The notes under the pieces are model-generated. The model was not told the origin of the DNA. It did no database searches and worked only from the letters and a program-made list of their open reading frames with translations. Shown here piece after piece: positions 39,149 through 52,269 of a stretch of DNA of 64,000 nucleotides. This DNA comes from Eledone cirrhosa (lineage: Eukaryota): NCBI GenBank assembly GCA_964016885.1, contig OZ024763.1, positions 15,562,001 to 15,626,000 of the forward strand. Reading direction: 5' to 3'. A program made the position numbers and the translations under genes. Each line of letters starts with the position of its first letter. The first letter of the stretch is position 1.

Positions 39149-39676
39149 CTGTATATAAATTGTTTATAATCACTAGTTTGAACAACTATTGTTTCAGTTT
39201 TATCTCACTAACACCTCCAAAGTAGTTGGGGTATGCATGCATGGTTCTGAAACTCCTGAGAGAGCCATTGAGGTGTCAAATTGACATACAGCATTTCTAG
39301 GGCATCTTTTTTAAAACCTGGTGGAGCCCATCTCCTCTCCAGGTCTGAATACAGCAGATTTCTTCCAGAGAAGGATAGAGAGAGTGAGAGAGAGGAAATG
39401 AGAAAGAGATATAGAGGAAGAATCTACCCCAGTATTAGACTGGTACTTTTTTTTTTATCGACATCGAATGGATGAGGACAAAGAAAGCTAACTTTGGCGG
39501 GATTTGAACTCACAGAGCTGAAACGAATACTGCAAAGCATTCCATCTGATGTGATGTTCTGACTCTGCCAATTCACCGCCTTAGCTGGGCTATATAAACT
39601 TTATAGTATAGAATAAATATCCCATAACTCCTTGTGGAGTCATAGAGGCACCGTCATACAGTGTGTCTAGGGGAGT

Positions 39677-40818
39677 TTTAACCCTTTAATGTTCAAACCG
39701 GCCAAAACTGGCCAGAATTCTCTACCTTTTTCTGTTGAAACTGGCTGTAACTGGTCGCTCAAACTGGTGTTAAGGTATTGTTCTCAAAATAAATACTTTC
39801 AAAATCTCATAGATTTGATATTATGTGAGGTAATTATGTGAGGTAAAGCCTTTACCATGAAAATATAATAGTATATATAGAGTAATGTGAATGTTATGTG
39901 AGGTAAAGCCTTTACCATGAAAATACAATAGTAAATATAGAGTAATGTGAATGTTATGTGAGATATTATGTGAGGTAAAGCCTTTACCATGAAAATATAA
40001 TAGTAAATATAGAGTAATGTGAATGTTATGTGAGATATTATGTGAGGTAAAGCCTTTACCATGAAAATATAATAGTATATATAGAGTAATGTGAATGTTA
40101 TGTGAGATATTATGTGAGGTAAAACCTTTACCATGAAAATATAATAGTAAATATAGAGTAATGTGAATGTTATGTGAGATATTATGTGAGGTAAAGCCTT
40201 TACCATGAAAATATAATAGTATATATAGAGTAATGTGAATGTTATGTGAGATAATTATGTGAGGTAAAGCCTTTGCCATGAAAATATAATAGTATATATA
40301 GAGTAATGTGAATGTTATGTGAGATATTATGTGAGGTAAAGTCTTTACCATGAAAATATAATAGTATATATAGAGTAATGTAAATGTTATGTGAGATATT
40401 ATGTGAGGTAAAGTCTTTACCATGAAAATATAATAGTATATATAGAGTAATGTAAATGTTATGTGAGGTAAAGCCTTTACCATGAAAATATAATAGTATA
40501 TATAGAGTAATGTAAATGTTATGTGAGATATTATGTGAGGTAAAGCCTTTACCATGAAAATATAATAGTATATATAGAGTAATGTAAATGTTATGTGAGA
40601 TATTATGTGAGGTAAAGCCTTTACCATGAAAATATAATAGTATATATAGAGTAATGTGAATGTTATGTGAGATATTATGTGAGGTAAAGCCTTTACCATG
40701 AACATATAATAGTATATATAGAGTAATGTAAATGTTATGTGAGATATTATGTGAGGTAAAGCCTTTACCATGAAAATACAATAGTATATATAGAGTAATG
40801 TAAATGCTAAAGGGTTAA
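39677..40818. mobile_element. piggyBac-type MITE containing a ~72/60-bp tandem array (about 14 copies)
   Basis: TTAACCCTTTA ... TAAAGGGTTAA ends; the array unit matches 6930-6975 of the unexpanded copy. Confidence 0.85.
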
Positions 40819-41579
40819 ACCTGGCGGTCCCAACCCTCTCCAGGTCTTAACACAGCCAATTTTTTTCTATAGAGGAAGAATAGACCCCAGTACTGGACTG
40901 GTATTTTTTTTATCAACTTCGAAAGGATGAAAGGCAAAGTTGATCAAGGTGGGATTTGAACTCAGAGCGCGCAATGAGGTGGGACGAATACCGTAAAGCA
41001 TTCTATCCGATGTCTTAACGACTCTGTCAATTTGCCGCCTATAAACTTTATATAAAGTCTATATAATCACTAGTTTGTACATTGACTATTCTTCTCACAG
41101 TTTCATCTCACTAACAAATACCTCTAAAGTAGCTGGGCTATTTAAACTGTATTTAAACTCTATTTAAACACTATATAATAACTAGCTTGTCTATCAACTA
41201 TTTTTCTCACAAACTCATCTCAATTACTAACACAACTCACTTCATAAATAATGAATATTTATTATAGAGAGTTGTCTTGAAAGGATTATAATCTACTTCT
41301 TAATAGACTCGGATCACTTTAGCTTTCCTCCCCCTTTTCCTCTTCATTATCCTTCCTCCTCTTCTTCCTCTGTCATTGTCTTCTTCTCCTTCACTTTTTC
41401 CTTCTCCCGCTCATTTTCATGGTGGCAGAAGCCTCAAGCACCTCTCCCAACTCTCTCTTTGGCAAAGCTGTCTAAGGCTGGATACACTTCCTATAACCAG
41501 TCACTTTGCAGAGTGTACTGGGTGTGTTTATTGTGTAGATCACTAACACTAGGGAGGTCGTTATGTCGTTGACATGACT

Positions 41580-42190
41580 GAAAGGGCCTTCCAACCCTTT
41601 CTTTGGCAACTAAAGGGTCCTTCTAACCCCCTGTTTGGCAATTAAAGGGTCCTTCCAACCCTCTGTTTGGCAATTAAAGGGTCCTTCCAACCTTCTGTTT
41701 GGCAACTAAAGGGTCCTTCCAACCTTCTGTTTGGCAACTAAAGGGTCCTTCCAACCCTCTGTTTGACAACTAAATGGTCCTTCCAACCTTCTGTTTGGCA
41801 ACTAAATGGTCCTTCCAACCTTCTGTTTGGCAACTAAAGGGTCCTTCCAACCTTCTGTTTGGCAACTAAAGGGTCCTTCCAACCCTCTGTTTGGCAACTA
41901 AATGGTCCTTTCAGCCCTCTGTTTGGCAACTATGGGGTTCTCCCAGCCCACTTTTTGGCAACTAAAGTGTCCTTCTAACCCCCTGTTTGGCAATTAAAGG
42001 GTTCTCCCAGCCCTCTGTTTGACAACTAAAGGATTTTTCCAGCCCCCTGTTTGGCAACTACAGGGTCCTACCATCCCCCTATTTGGCAACTAAATGGTCC
42101 TTCCAGCCCTCTGTTTGGCAACTAAATGGTCCTTCCAGCCCTCTGTTTGGCAACTAAATGGTCCTTCCAGCCCTCTGTTTGGCAGCTGAG
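41580..42190. repeat. 32-bp minisatellite, about 19 copies, within a SINE relic
   Basis: (GGCAACTAAAGGGTCCTTCCAACCCTCTGTTT)n, continuing from the SINE body at 41480-41580. Confidence 0.9.
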
Positions 42191-42524
42191 GAGGTCCTCC
42201 TTTGTACAGTCTAAATGCCAATAAGGAAACAAAAAAAAAGAGAAAGAAGAGACTAAAAAGAAAAAGAAATAAGATAGTCATGTTGTTGTTGTTGTTGTTC
42301 TTTTAGCCCAGTTATTCCTGTGAGGGTCATGGGTGGCAGACAGATTCCTTGAGCACGCCTTCCAGCGATTAGGTCGACCCTTCAGTCATGTCAAGGACAT
42401 GACAGCCTCCCTAGTGTTGGTGACCTACATGACAAATGCACCCAGTACACTCTGTAAAGTGGTTGGTGATAGGAAGGGCATCCAGCCATATAAAGCTTTC
42501 CAAACAAAGGGTTGGGAGGTCCCC

Positions 42525-42875
42525 ATCATCATCATCATCATCATCATTTCATTTTACGTCCGCGTTTTCCCTGCTTGCAAGGGTGGGACGGGAAATGATT
42601 CTGGCTTGATTTCTACAGCTGGATGCCCTTCCTAACACCAACCTCATTTACAGTGAGTGCTGGGTGCTTTTTTGCCGTGGCACCTCCACGACCAATTTGC
42701 AGTGGAATGATAGGGACCTCAGTGCCTATCATCTCATTTCTACAGCTGAGTAAACTGGAGCAATGTGAAATAAAGTGTCTTGCTCAAGGAAACAACACAT
42801 CACCCGGTCTGAGAATTGAACTCACAACCTTTTGATTGCAAGGCCAACGCTCTAACCGCTAAGCCATCTGCCTCC
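42525..42875 (-). mobile_element. SINE-A full copy
   Basis: Reverse complement of the consensus. Confidence 0.9.
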
Positions 42876-43367
42876 AGTTGTAAAGACTGTATATGACAAC
42901 CTCTCTTGTGCTGGTATACTCAGTAGAACGTGAGGCCGAATGTAAGCGAGATACAGCCCCCCCCCCCCCCTGGCCTGTCTGGGAGGTCTGTAACCCCACT
43001 TCATCACTGACTTGGCCTATGTAAACCCATCCAACCCTTACTAGCAGAGAAAGCAGACTTTAAACAATGATGATGATGATGTTTATACCTTAGTTGTGAA
43101 AGGATCCTTAGGGACCCCAAAAAAGTAATATATGTGGAACTGTATGCCTTATACAGGCATTGAATTGGCAGTCATTAGAATGTTTGATAGAATGCTTTGC
43201 TGTATTCATTCTGACTTTCTGGGTTCAAAACCTGCCAAAGTCAACTTTGCCTTTCATAGTTTCGAAGTCAATATAAAAAGTACCAGTCTAGTACTGGGGT
43301 TGATTCTTTCCCTATATGTCTTTCTCACTTCCTCTCTATCCCTCTCAGATTTCAATATGCTTCAGCT

Positions 43368-43970
43368 GTAGAGAACTAGCTAGCAAAAGACATCTCGTCC
43401 TGCCTAACTGAATGTCAACCACAATATGGCCCTCCTCTCTCCCAGGTGCTAACCTCTCTTGGGGACAGTTGATGTCCTTGAATCAGCTACACACAGGTGA
43501 ACAGCTAGCTGGCAACAGACATCTCGACCCATCTAACTAAATGTCAACCCTCAATACGACCCTCCTCCCTCCCAGGTGCAAATCTCCTTCAAGGAGAGGG
43601 TGTCCCTGAATCTGCTACACATATTTAGTGAGCTAGCTGGCAACAGACATCTCATCCTGCCCAACTGACTGTCAACCCTCAATACAGCCCTTCTCCCTCT
43701 CAGGTGCTAACCACTCTCAGAGGGTGTCTCTGAATCTGCTACACAAAGGTGGAAAGCTAGCTAGCATCAGACATCACGTCCTGCTCACCCAACTGAATGT
43801 CAACCCTCAATATGGCGCTCCTCCCTCCCAGGTGCTAATATCTCTTCGAGGGTGTCCCTGAATCTGCTACACACAGGTGGAGAGCTAGCTAGCATCAGAC
43901 ACCTCATCCTGCCCAACTGAATGTCAATACAGCCCTCCCCCATCTCAGGTGCTAACATCTCTACACACAA
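43368..43970. repeat. ~128-bp tandem repeat x5
   Basis: AGCTAGCT.GCAACAGACATCTC...AACTGAATGTCAACC...CCCAGGTGCTAA...CTGAATCTGCTACAC recurs. Confidence 0.85.
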
Positions 43971-44437
43971 GTGATGGCCAATTCAATGCAGTCATGTACC
44001 ACTGGGGGCTGTGTCCATCAGCAGCTTGTTAGTGTGGCTCACCATAGCAGAGTGCTGAACATATACTGACTGAGTGCCTGGATCTCTGCCCACCTGGGGA
44101 GAATATGGACCTCACACACCCTAACCCCACTACCTTGAGCTGGTTACAACACCTGAGGGGTAGGGGGGGGGGGCATCACATAATTACAGCTGTCTCATAT
44201 GGAGGAGGAAGAGGACAACCCTCCCTCTCTCCTCTTTCCTCTCCTTCCCTTTCACTCTCTCCTCTCCTTTACTCTCTCCTCTCCTTCACTCTCTCCATCT
44301 CATCTGCCCCCCCCCCTCCTCTCTCTGCCAGGTTTAAAGTGCCCAAGACATACCATATATGTCACACTGGCAGCCCTGCAACTCCATCAAAGGCTACGGG
44401 CCCATTCATATCGTCATCATCATCATCATACGTCCAC

Positions 44438-44870
44438 TAGTTGCATTGATAGACACATTTTTCAAATGCAGGTGGGTGCTATAGAAGTGGTTGATAGCTT
44501 CCGGTACCTTGGTGATCAGATTAGCATGGGAGGGAGTGAGGGAGGGGGTCCGAGACCATAGTATCTAGAATAAAGACAGGCTGGAAGAAGTTTAGGGAGC
44601 TGCTTCCTCTGCTGATGAAGAAGGGTTTCTCCCTGCAGCGTACGAAAGGCCGGTTATATGATGCCTGTGTGAGGTGCGCGATGCTGCATGGTAGTGAGAC
44701 ATGGGCAGCAACTGCAGAGGATATGCGACGGCTGGAGAGAAATGAGGCAAGCAATGCTCCGTTGGATGTGCAATGTCAATGTGTGTGAACGACCGAGAAT
44801 GGATGTGTTGAGAGAGAAACTGTGTCTGAGAGGGATAGAATGTAGTGTACGGGAGAGGAGACTGTGGATA
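44438..44870 (+). mobile_element. RTE family A fragment (frameshifted) running into a 33-bp array
   Basis: Homologous to 1240-1680. Confidence 0.88.
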
Positions 44871-47158
44871 GGCTGTAGTGTGTGGGAGAGGAGACTGTGG
44901 ATAAGCTGTAGTGTGTGGGAGAGGAGACTGTGGATAGGCTGTAGTGTGTGGGAGAGGAGACTGTGGATAAGCTGTGGTGTGTGGGAGAGGAGACTGTGGA
45001 TAAGCTGTAGTGTGCGGGAGAGGAGACTGTGGATAGGCTGTAGTGTGTGGGAGAGGAGACTGTGGATAAGCTGTAGTGTGTGGGAGAGGAGACTGTGGAT
45101 AAGCTGTAGTGTGTGGGAGAGGAGACTGTGGATAAGCTGTAGTGTGTGGGAGAGGAGACTGTGGATAGGCTGTAGTGTGTGGGAGAGGAGACTGTGGATA
45201 AGCTGTAGTGTGTGGGAGGGGAGACTGTGGATAAGCTGTAGTGTGTGGGAGGGGAGACTGTGGATAAGCTGTAGTGTGTGGGAGAGGAGACTGTGGATAA
45301 GCTGTAGTGTGTGGGAGAGAAGACTGTGGATAAGCTGTAGTGTGTGGGAGGGGAGACTATGGATAAGCTGTGGTGTGTGGGAGGGGAGACTGTGGATAAG
45401 CTGTAGTGTGTGGGAGAGTAGACTGTGGATAAGCTGTAGTGTGTGGGAGAGGAGACTGTGGATAAGCTGTAGTGTGTGGGAGAGGAGACTGTGGATAGGC
45501 TGTAGTGTGTGGGAGAGGAGACTGTGGATAAGCTGTAGTGTGTGGGAGGGGAGACTGTGGATAAGCTGTAGTGTGTGGGAGAGGAGACTGTGGATAGGCT
45601 GTAGTGTGTGGGAGAGGAGACTGTGGATAAGCTGTAGTGTGTGGGAGAGAAGACTGTGGATAAGCTGTAGTGTGTGGGAGGGGAGACTGTGGATAAGCTG
45701 TAGTGTGTGGGAGAGTAGACTGTGGATAAGCTGTAGTGTGTGGGAGAGGAGACTGTGGATAAGCTGTAGTGTGTGGGAGAGAAGACTGTGGATAAGCTGT
45801 AGTGTGTGGGAGAGGAGACTGTGGATAAGCTGTAGTGTGTGTGAGAGGAGACTGTGGATAAGCTGTAGTGTGTGGGAGAGGAGACTGTGGATAAGCTGTA
45901 GTGTGTGGGAGGGGAGACTGTGGATAAGCTGTGGTGTGTGGGAGGGGAGACTGTGGATAAGCTGTGGTGTGTGGGAGGGGAGACTGTGGATAAGCTGTAG
46001 TGTGTGGGAGAGTAGACTGTGGATAAGCTGTAGTGTGTGGGAGAGGAGACTGTGGATAAGCTGTAGTGTGTGGGAGAGGAGACTGTGGATAAGCTGTAGT
46101 GTGTGGGAGAGGAGACTGTGGATAAGCTGTAGTGTGTGGGAGAGTAGACTGTGGATAAGCTGTAGTGTGTGGGAGAGAAGACTGTGGATAAGCTGTAGTG
46201 TGTGGGAGAGTAGACTGTGGATAAGCTGTAGTGTGTGGGAGAGAAGACTGTGGATAAGCTGTAGTGTGCGGGAGAGGAGACTGTGGATAGGCTGTAGTGT
46301 GTGGGAGAGGAGACTGTGGATAGGCTGTAGTGTGTGGGAGAGGAGACTGTGGATAAGCTGTAGTGTGTGGGAGAGGAGACTGGATAAGCTGTAGTGTGTG
46401 GGAGAGGAGACTGTGGATAGGCTGTAGTGTGTGGGAGAGGAGACTGTGGATAAGCTGTAGTGTGTGGGAGAGGAGACTGTGGGAGAGGAGACTGTGGGAG
46501 AGGAGACTGTGGATAAGCTGTGGTGTGTGGGAGAGGAGACTGTGGATAAGCTGTGGTGTGTGGGAGAGAAGACTGTGGATAAGCTGTAGTGTGTGGGAGA
46601 GGAGACTGTGGATAAGCTGTAGTGTGTGGGAGAGGAGACTGTGGATAAGCTGTAGTGTGTGGGAGAGGAGACTGTGGATAGGCTGTAGTGTGTGGGAGAG
46701 GAGACTGTGGATAAGCTGTAGTGTGTGGGAGAGGAGACTGTGGGAGAGGAGACTGTGGATAAGCTGTGGTGTGTGGGAGAGGAGACTGTGGATAAGCTGT
46801 GGTGTGTGGGAGAGGAGACTGTGTGATAAGCTGTGGTGTGTGGGAGAGGAGACTGTGGTTAGGCTGTAGTGTGTGGGAGAGGAGACTGTGGATAAGTTGT
46901 GGTGTGTGGGAGAGGAGACTGTGGTTAGGCTGTAGTGTGTGGGAGAGGAGACTGTGGATAAGCTGTGGTGTGTGGGAGAGGAGACTGTGTGATAAGCTGT
47001 GGTGTGTGGGAGAGGAGACTGTGGTTAGGCTGTAGTGTGTGGGAGAGGAGACTGTGGATAAGCTGTAGTGTGTGGGAGAGGAGACTGTGGATAAGCTGTA
47101 GTGTGAGAGGAGAGAAGACTGGATAAGATGTAGTGTGAGAGGAGGCTGTGGATAAGCT
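44840..47158. repeat. 33-bp minisatellite, about 70 copies, derived from RTE coding sequence
   Basis: (GTGTGTGGGAGAGGAGACTGTGGATAAGCTGTA)n. Confidence 0.95.
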
Positions 47159-47559
47159 CGTTAATAATGTGTGAATGGTGAGCAAGATGTCACCGGGTGA
47201 AATATTAATTAAAAGCTTCAATATAAAGTTCCTTCATCTGTGACAAATTCCAGGGCATTAAATCCAGCTGAGGTTAACTGTCTTTCATCCTTACGGGGTC
47301 GATAAAATAAAGTACCAGTAATGCACTGGGGTAGTTGCTGGCCTTGTGCCAAAAGTAGAAACAATTATTTTAATTGTCACTTGAGTAATTAACTTTTCAA
47401 CGTGTGTGTGTGTTTGTTTGTGTGTGTTTGTGTGTGTGTGTTTGTATATGTGTGTGTGTGTGTGTCTTTTTGTGTTTGTGCATGTCATTGTATGTATGCG
47501 TGTGTATGTGTGTGTGTGTCAGTGGTTGACATCTTATTTGCATATGCTCTTGCACTCGA

Positions 47560-48130
47560 CCAAGTGCATTTTATTGTGCCCTCAGCACTATGGAGGGTGT
47601 CATGTCCTTGACACAATTGAAGGGTCCTCCCAGCCCTTTGTTTGTCAAGCTTTCTACAGCTTGATGCCCTCCCTATCGTTAACCATTTTACAGAGTGTAC
47701 TGGGTGTGTTTATCATGTAAATCACCAACACTAAGGAGTTTGTCATGTCTTTGACACAGCTAAAGAGCTCCTACAGACCCTTTTGAGGATGGTTTCTACA
47801 GCTTGATGCCTGTCCTATCACCAACTACTTTACAGAGTGTACTGGGTGCATTTATTGTGTAGATCACCAACACTAGGGAGGTTGTCATGTTTTTGATACA
47901 ATTGAAGGGTCTTCCCAACCCTTTTTGGGGTGGTTTCTATGACTTGATGCCCTTCCTATCACCAACCACTTTACAGAGTGTACTGGGTGTGTTTATCAAC
48001 ACTAGGGAGGTTGTCATGTCTTTGATCCAATTCAAAGGTCCTGCCAACACTTTTTGACAAGGTTTCTACACCGAGATGCCTTTCCTATCACCAACCACTT
48101 TACAGGGTGTACTGGGTGCATTCTTTTCCT
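47560..48130. repeat. ~130-bp SINE segment repeated about 4 times
   Basis: gtttctac..ttgatgcc..cctatcaccaaccactttacagagtgtactgggtg recurs. Confidence 0.75.
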
Positions 48131-48269
48131 AGCATCAGTACTCGAAAGGTGGTCAGGTTCTTGGCTCAAGTGTAATATCATGTCATATCTGTATGACATG
48201 ATATGGAGGGATTTGATTGGTTGATGAGTAGAAGGAGGGGAGGAGGGTCTTGGTAGTCTCTAGTAGCAT

Positions 48270-49490
48270 GGTGGTGATGGTGGTGGTGGGGTGATAGTGG
48301 TGGTGGTGGTGGTAGTGGGGTGATAGTTGTGGCGGTGGTGGTGGTGGGGTGATAGTGGTGGGGGTAGTGGTGGTGGTGGTGGTGGGGTGATAGTGGTGGT
48401 GGGGTGGGGTGATAGTGGTGGTGGGGAGATAGTGGTGGTGGTGGTGGTGGGGTGGGGTGATAGTGGTGGGGGGGGGGGGGGGGGGGGGGGCAGATAGTGG
48501 TGGTGGTGGTGGGGTAATGTGACAGTAGCAGTTATTGAGTTTACTTCAGTGTTATGACTGGTATGTCAAGATTTCTAGAGTGGAGGTAGTGTGGTGTAGA
48601 TGTGTGGTGATATGTTGGTATGGTGTGGTGGTGTGGTGGTGTGGTGGCATGATGCTGGTGTAGTGGTGGAGTGGTGAAATAGTGTAGTAGTATGGTGGTG
48701 TGGTGGTGTGGTGGTATGGTGGCATGGTGTGGTGGTGTGGTGGCATGATGCTGGTGTAGTGGTGGAGTGGTGAAATAGTGTAGTAGTATGGTGGTATGGT
48801 AGTAGTGGTTGTGGTGATGGTGGTATGATGGTGGTGTGGTTGTATGGTCGTGTAGTGGTATGGTGGTGTAGTGTTGTATGGTGGTGATGTGGTGATGTGG
48901 TTGTATGGTGGTGTAGTGGTATGGTGGTGTGGTTGTATGGTGGTGTAGTGTTGTATGGTGGTGTTGTGGTGGTGTGGTTGTATGGTGGTGTAGTGGTATG
49001 GTGGTGTAGTGTTGTATGGAGGTGTAGTGGTATGGTGGTGTAGTGGTATGGTGGTGTAGTGTTGTATGGTGGTGTAGTGATATGGTGGTGTAGTGGTATG
49101 GTGGTGTAGTGTTGTATGGTGGTGATGTGGTGGTGTGGTTGTATGGTGGTGTAGTAGTATGGTGGTGTAGTGGTGTGGTGGTGTAGTAGTATGGTGATAT
49201 GATGGTGTGGTGGTGGGTGATGTCATGGTGTAATAGTATGTTGGTAGTGTGGTGGTGTAGTAGTATGGTAGTATGGTGGTGTAGTGGTGTTGTGTAATAG
49301 TATGTTGGTATGTAGTTGGTGTGGTGGTGTGGTGGTGTAATAGTATGGTAGTATTGTGGTGTAGTGGTGTTGTTGTGTAATAGTATGTTGGTATGGTGGC
49401 GTGTGGTGGTGTGGTGGTGTGGTGGTGTAATAGTATGTTGGTATGGTGGCGTGTGGTGGTGTGGTGGTGTGGTGGTGTGGTGGTGTGTAG
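48270..49490. repeat. (GGT)/(GTGGT)-rich low-complexity tract
   Basis: Direct inspection; G-runs at 48270-48515. Confidence 0.9.
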
Positions 49491-49792
49491 TGATGTAAAA
49501 ATAGCTTCCACTAAGGAGTGAAGCATGAAGAGGGATGAGTATGTCAGTGGTTATGAGAAATATCTACCACTGAGGAGCATGAAGTGGAGGGTGGAGGTGT
49601 GCAGTGGTGGTTGAGATAGCTACTAATGTGTCCTCAAGGGATTGGGAAGAGGAGACGCCACGCCACGTGGAGGTGTACAGTGATGGCTAAGATAGCTACT
49701 AATGTGTCCTCAAAGGAGAGGGAGAGGAGAGACCAAGTGGATGACTGAGGTCAGGTTAAGTTACATTTTATTCGGGTCTTCAGTATAGCATG

Positions 49793-49844
<52 letters not shown>

Positions 49845-49869
49845 ATTCAAAATATTAATAAATATAGAC

Positions 49870-50241
49870 TTGCCAGTAGGCATCTCTAACAAAATACACC
49901 CCGTCCCGCCACCACCCCCACCCATCCACACCACCCCGTCCTATGTAAAGTTATGTTGGTGCCGCGCCATCCAGGCCGAAACAAATGAGATCGTGTAGGT
50001 GTCACGACAAAAAAACACACAGTCCACGCTGTAATGTGGCCGTGTAGGCAACACGGTAAAAACCTCCCAGACCCACACTGTAAATGTGGTTGGTGTTAGG
50101 AAGGGCATCCAACTGTAGAAAACCTGCCAGACAGTCCTATGCGAGCAAGACAATCACTCTTGCCTCAAGTGGGACTACCCCCGTCCAAACCCATGCAAGC
50201 GTGGAACACGGACGTTAAACGTTGATGATGATGATGATGAT
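49870..50241 (+). mobile_element. RTE family B solo 3'UTR
   Basis: Matches 58255-58625; another at 57090-57310. Confidence 0.8.
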
Positions 50242-50279
50242 AGACATTCATGTGATCAAATATATTTTATTATATATAT

Positions 50280-51180
50280 ATGGAGGCACATGGTTTAGTG
50301 GTTAGAGCATTGGCCTTGCAATCGAAAGGTTGTGAGTTCAATTCTCAGACCGGGTGATGTGCTGTTTCCTTGAGCAAGACACTTTATTTCACATTGCTCC
50401 AGTTTACTCAGCTGTAGAAATGAGATGATAGGGACTGGGGTCCATATAATTCCACTGCAAAGTGGTCGTGGAGGTGCCACAGCAAAAAAGCACCCAGCAC
50501 TCACTGTAAATGAGGTTGGTGTTAGGAAGGGCATCCAGCTGTAGAAATCAAGCCAGAATCAGTTCCTGTCCCACCCCTGCAAGCAGGGAAAAAGCGGACG
50601 TAAAATAAAATGAATATACATAGGGTGGTGGATTGGCAGTATCAGAAGAGGGTCGGACACCATGCTTTGACGCATTGAGTTACGTTCCTTGCCATTCTGA
50701 GTTCATATCCCGCTGAGGTTAACTTTGCCTTTCATCCTTACGGGGTCGATAAAATAAAGTACCAGTAATACACTGGGTAATTGCTGGCCTTGTGCCAAAA
50801 GTAGAAACAATTATATATATATACATATACATATATATCATCATCATCATCATTTTATGTCCGCTTTTTCCCTACTTGCAAGGGTGGGACGGGAACTGAT
50901 TCTGGCTTGATTTCTACAGCTGGATGCCCTTCCTAACACCAACCTCATTTACAGTGAGTGCTGGGTGATTTTTTGCCATGGCACCTCCACGACCACTTTG
51001 CAGTGGAATTATATGGACCCCAGTCCCTATCATCTCATTTCTACAGCTGAGTAAACTGGAGCAATGTGAAATAAAGTGTCTTGCTCAAGGAAACAACACA
51101 TCACCCGGTCTGAGAATTGAACTCACAACCCTTGCAAGCAGGGAAAAGTGGACGCAAAATGAAATGATGAAATGATGATG
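50280..51180. mobile_element. Inverted pair of SINE-A copies around a SINE-B
   Basis: SINE-A (+) 50280-50612, SINE-B (+) 50623-50812, SINE-A (-) 50838-51130, then a flipped tail at 51128-51180. Confidence 0.88.
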
Positions 51181-51718
51181 ATTCTAACATACCCATACCT
51201 CATACCCATAATATATATATCATCATCATCATCGTTTAATGTCCATTTTTCCTGGGTTGTCACTGTATGATATAATTCAAGTTTGGTGACCATGTCTTGC
51301 TCATACGGATCTGTATTTTGGCTTGGTTTCTACAGTTGGATGCACTTCCTATGTATATTGTAACTGAGTTACACTATACCTCAGTTATTGCCAAACAAAG
51401 AGTTGGCAGGTCCCTTAGTTGTGTCAAAGGCATGACAACCTCTCCTGAGCATTGATGGAACGTGAAACATAAATAAGCGAGACACAGGTCTCTGGCTTAT
51501 CTGGGAGATCAGTGGCTCTGCTTCAGTACTGACTTGGTCTGTATGGACCCGTCCAACCCTTACTAGCAGGGAAAGCGGACATTAAAACAATGATGATGAT
51601 GATACATATATTTGTTGTTTTTTTTTACAAACTCCATTATTCCAGCCCTCTCTCTCTCACTCTCTCTCTCTGAACTCTCCAATTCCTGAAGAAGGACTTA
51701 TATATATATATATATATA

Positions 51719-52113
51719 CGAGGGCAATCCCAAAAGTAAGGTCTCTTTCCGATATTGCAACTTCCAATATTGCAACGTTTCCGTTAAAATCCTGTGGATG
51801 GTGCTTCGGGAAACCTCAGGAACCAAAATGCAGAGAGCATCCAGAGTGATCCGCCGACCGTTTTCCTCGGAAGGAGACCTTACTTTTGGGATTAATATAT
51901 AATAACTGCGCAAAATTCGCACTTGGCTGTAGCGTTCAACGGGAGCTCCATTCTCAACGGCTGCCAAGCCAAGATTGAGCATCCCAGCGAAGCGCGCACA
52001 TGGTTGTTTGGGAGTAAAGGAAGCACCAATCACAACAATGTTGCCAACAGCCATACGAACAGTTGCTCTGTGTCCCCATCGCTTTGGAGACCTTACTTTG
52101 GGGATTACCCTCC
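51719..52113 (-). mobile_element. Non-autonomous mariner element with 27-bp TIRs and TA TSD
   Basis: TA-CGAGGGCAATCCCAAAAGTAAGGTCTC ... GAGACCTTACTTTGGGGATTACCCTCC-TA; internal RRITLDAL..VSRSTIHRILTETL (HTH); a third TIR copy at 51874-51893. Confidence 0.82.
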
Positions 52114-52160
52114 TATATATGTCATCGTTTTTACGTCCACCTTTCCATATATGTATATGT

Positions 52161-52212
<52 letters not shown>

Positions 52213-52269
52213 ATATGTATATATGTATATATATATATATGTATATATGTATACATCCTCCTATTCCTC

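Noticed and set aside
39799-40781. Repetitive ORFs with 24-aa units
   Set aside because: Tandem array inside a MITE.
48552-49526. His/Thr/Pro-rich 324-aa ORF
   Set aside because: Low-complexity (GGT/GTGGT) repeat without splice or homology support.
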